Positions 61,878-64,000 of a DNA stretch of 64,000 bases are shown one piece after another. Position 1 is the stretch's first letter. Every line of letters begins with the position of its first letter. The notes under the pieces were generated by a model. It was not told the origin of the DNA. It saw only the letters and a list, made by a program, of their open reading frames with translations, and did not search any database. Source of the stretch: Candidatus Saccharimonadia bacterium (GTDB lineage: Bacteria; Patescibacteriota; Saccharimonadia; Saccharimonadales; 2-12-FULL-41-12); NCBI GenBank assembly GCA_963717365.1, contig OY970327.1, positions 863,752 to 927,751 of the forward strand. Direction: 5' to 3'. The translations under genes and the position numbers were made by a program.

Positions 61878-63868
61878 TGTTAGACGCATACGCCGTACGT
61901 AAAGCTATCCCCCGTATTGTCTTGGCGGTAATTGCTATAAATCTGTCGATCTACTTATGTGTTGCAGCCCTAGACCTTATCGAAGTCATTGGACGCGGCA
62001 TGAACAATTTACTGGTATCACCGTTTATTGATGGCGCGGATTACAAAGGGACAAAGATTGAAAGCAATGCCGAGACTGGCATCGTAGGCGTAATCGGAGT
62101 AGCAGGTTTCTTAGGGGGACTCACAGCCGCAATATTTGTAGCTATTACAAACCCGCTTGCTATCCTTGGTTTTTTGCTGCCTTTACTGGGAACTGTCGCT
62201 CTAATCGCGGTGGCAATCTTGTTTACTCTGGTAGTTCGGCAAGGTTTACTAGTCTTTCTTATTATTATTTCGCCGGTGGCAATTGTTTGTTATGTACTAC
62301 CGGGAACAGAAAAATACTTTAAGCAGTGGTTTGACCTCTTCCTAAAAACCTTGATGATTTACCCAATTATTGCCGTGATATTTGCAATGTCCAATGTGTT
62401 GGCCGCCATATTACTTACTAACGCCAGTGGTAGCGCTGCCAGTGCCTTTACTAACCCGGCATCTGCCTTTCAGAGTGCCTTTACCTTTGCTCAAACAGAG
62501 ACTTCCGATGCGTCCGGAGTCGTGAAACTCTTGGTCGCTATTATTGTTATATACGCTCCGCTAGCTTTAATCCCATTCTCGTTTAAGTTAGCCGGCGGCG
62601 CGATTGGCCAAATTGCTAACGTCGCTAACAAGCAAGCCAGCGGTTCTGCAGCTGGCCTTCGTAACCGCATAGCAAAATCCAAGGAAGATCCGGACAGTAC
62701 ATTTGGTAAAGCTAAACTAAAAGCAAAGAGCCAGCGCGTTGACAGCGGCATGACCATGCGCCAGATAGCTGCCAGACGTCCCGGAGCGAATCGAGCTCAA
62801 CGAATGTCTGCTGCCAGAGAATATGACCAGAAGAAGGTTACTGCGCAGTCTCAGGAAGGTTTTGGCTTTAAATCCTACCAGCAAGACAGTGACGTTATGC
62901 AGAGTCTGGTGATGAATGACCAAGAAGTCTCTCTCCATAGAGCCACGCAAACCAGAAATCTAGAACAGGCGAGAGCTGCCGTTGCGCAAACAGAAACAGA
63001 TCGAGCAAATGGCACGATTGGAGCACAAGAGTATAGCGATCGTATGGCCGAACAACAAGGCAACGTTACTGCAGCAGAACGTCAACTTGCCGCCCACTCT
63101 GTTGCTGACCGCATTGGGCGTACCGGCGCTAATAGGCGGGCCGCATTTCTTAACGCTGATCGTATTAAATACAACCCGACGGACGGGCAAATTGGCTATG
63201 AAGACAACTTGGCACGTGCCGAGGAAATATTCGGGGGTGGCAGCTCAACCGCTGAAGCTATGAACGCGTTCCAGGCAATAGCTAAAGGCCCTGCCGGACG
63301 TGCCGACCTATCTGGCCAACTCTACGGCCGAGCATACGACCTGGATCGTGCAACCGGCGCTCAGTCAACTTATACTCTTATGAATCAAGGGCGTCCTGAT
63401 AGTGTGGCGCAGTTAGCCGACCAACATATTGACAGAGTTAACGACGTCAATGCAAGTGAGGAGGAGAGACAGCGTTCAGCGGCATTTCTGCATACTTTGA
63501 GACAGGCTAAGGGGCAGGGAACTGAGGCAAACAATGCTGTTGTTAACGAGAGATTAGGCAGAATGGATGGTGCACTCACTGGACATGTTGCTAGGAGGGC
63601 TCAACACCACGCAGCTAATGCAGCTACAGTGCCTATAGCTGAAATGAGAAACACTACGGTGACCGAGCCAGATACCCGCCCAGGGGCAGCGCCAGGAGCG
63701 ACAGTTACTCGTGAACGCCAAGAACGAGTTGTCTTAACGCCACAACAACGAACAGACCGAGCTAGACAAGAGGCCGAAAGAACTGCACGTAGAGAACTAG
63801 TAGATCAGTCTCAGGCATACAGCCAGCCAGACCCGCACGAACGAGAACAGCAACAGAATGGGCCATAG
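61877..63868 (+). CDS. VirB6/TrbL-like polytopic membrane protein with ~400-aa hydrophilic C-terminal tail
   Basis: About 6 TM segments in the first ~250 aa, then a Gln/Arg/Ala-rich soluble tail; ATG overlaps the upstream stop (taATG). Confidence 0.6.
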   Translation: MLDAYAVRKAIPRIVLAVIAINLSIYLCVAALDLIEVIGRGMNNLLVSPFIDGADYKGTKIESNAETGIVGVIGVAGFLGGLTAAIFVAITNPLAILGFLLPLLGTVALIAVAILFTLVVRQGLLVFLIIISPVAIVCYVLPGTEKYFKQWFDLFLKTLMIYPIIAVIFAMSNVLAAILLTNASGSAASAFTNPASAFQSAFTFAQTETSDASGVVKLLVAIIVIYAPLALIPFSFKLAGGAIGQIANVANKQASGSAAGLRNRIAKSKEDPDSTFGKAKLKAKSQRVDSGMTMRQIAARRPGANRAQRMSAAREYDQKKVTAQSQEGFGFKSYQQDSDVMQSLVMNDQEVSLHRATQTRNLEQARAAVAQTETDRANGTIGAQEYSDRMAEQQGNVTAAERQLAAHSVADRIGRTGANRRAAFLNADRIKYNPTDGQIGYEDNLARAEEIFGGGSSTAEAMNAFQAIAKGPAGRADLSGQLYGRAYDLDRATGAQSTYTLMNQGRPDSVAQLADQHIDRVNDVNASEEERQRSAAFLHTLRQAKGQGTEANNAVVNERLGRMDGALTGHVARRAQHHAANAATVPIAEMRNTTVTEPDTRPGAAPGATVTRERQERVVLTPQQRTDRARQEAERTARRELVDQSQAYSQPDPHEREQQQNGP

Positions 63869-63876
63869 TATTTTAG

Positions 63877-64000
63877 ATGGCAACCTATAAAGTAATCCAG
63901 GATATTGAGGCGGAGGATAAGTTCCTTGGGCCGTTGACGCTTAAACAGTTTGTGTTTGGGGCAGCCGGCTTATTCTTTGGTTATCTGAGTGTCTATGCCA
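63877..64000 (+). CDS. PrgI/VirB3-like small T4SS membrane protein, N-terminal 41 codons (runs off right edge)
   Basis: Hand translation MATYKVIQDIEAEDKFLGPLTLKQFVFGAAGLFFGYLSVYA matches the PrgI-family N-terminal pattern (..V..DI..EDK..GPLT.KQF). Confidence 0.6.
   Translation, partial: MATYKVIQDIEAEDKFLGPLTLKQFVFGAAGLFFGYLSVYA

Overview
This 64-kb chromosomal segment is gene-dense, uses the standard genetic code, and looks like a small-genome Gram-positive-type bacterium. The gene content and protein oddities suggest CPR/Patescibacteria, probably Saccharibacteria/TM7. That assignment is inference from motifs, not a database hit. All calls come from reading the sequence and the ORF track by eye. 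Family names are motif-level recognitions, and several starts were re-trimmed by hand to the first ATG with a plausible SD or conserved N-terminus.

The core is housekeeping genes: rpsT, holA, mutM, polA, rpoD, dnaG, orn, msrB, mscL, argS, groES-groEL, a murE-like ligase, tsaD, valS, comFC and two hsp20 genes. There are also three tRNAs: Ser-UGA, Ser-GCU and Arg-GCG.

Main points of interest:
1. The right end (57.1 kb to the edge) holds a type IV secretion-like locus. It has seven tandem VirB2/TrbC-type pilin paralogs, a Cys-module secreted protein, a VirB6/TrbL-like protein with a long hydrophilic tail, and the start of a PrgI/VirB3-like gene.
2. A ~1-kb cassette (32239-33259) is visibly G+C-rich. 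It is bounded by 16-bp inverted repeats and carries one DUF3102-like HTH gene with its own GC-rich terminator.
3. CIRCE-like operators overlap the promoters of hsp20 and groES. An iteron-like repeat array plus palindrome lies upstream of groES.
4. Several proteins have atypical architectures:
   - DnaG has lost all four zinc ligands.
   - S20 carries a Lys/Ala/Pro tail.
   - A double-AAA+ Clp-like ATPase is membrane-anchored.
   - One protein appears to fuse a CoaB-like domain to a class II aldolase-like domain.
   - A divergent sigma-70 paralog sits behind a 4-module repeat protein.
5. A DUF1304 gene is bracketed by a duplicated copy of the comFC 3' end.
6. Two unannotated, structure-rich non-coding stretches are present.

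No rRNA, CRISPR array, transposase or integrase was seen.
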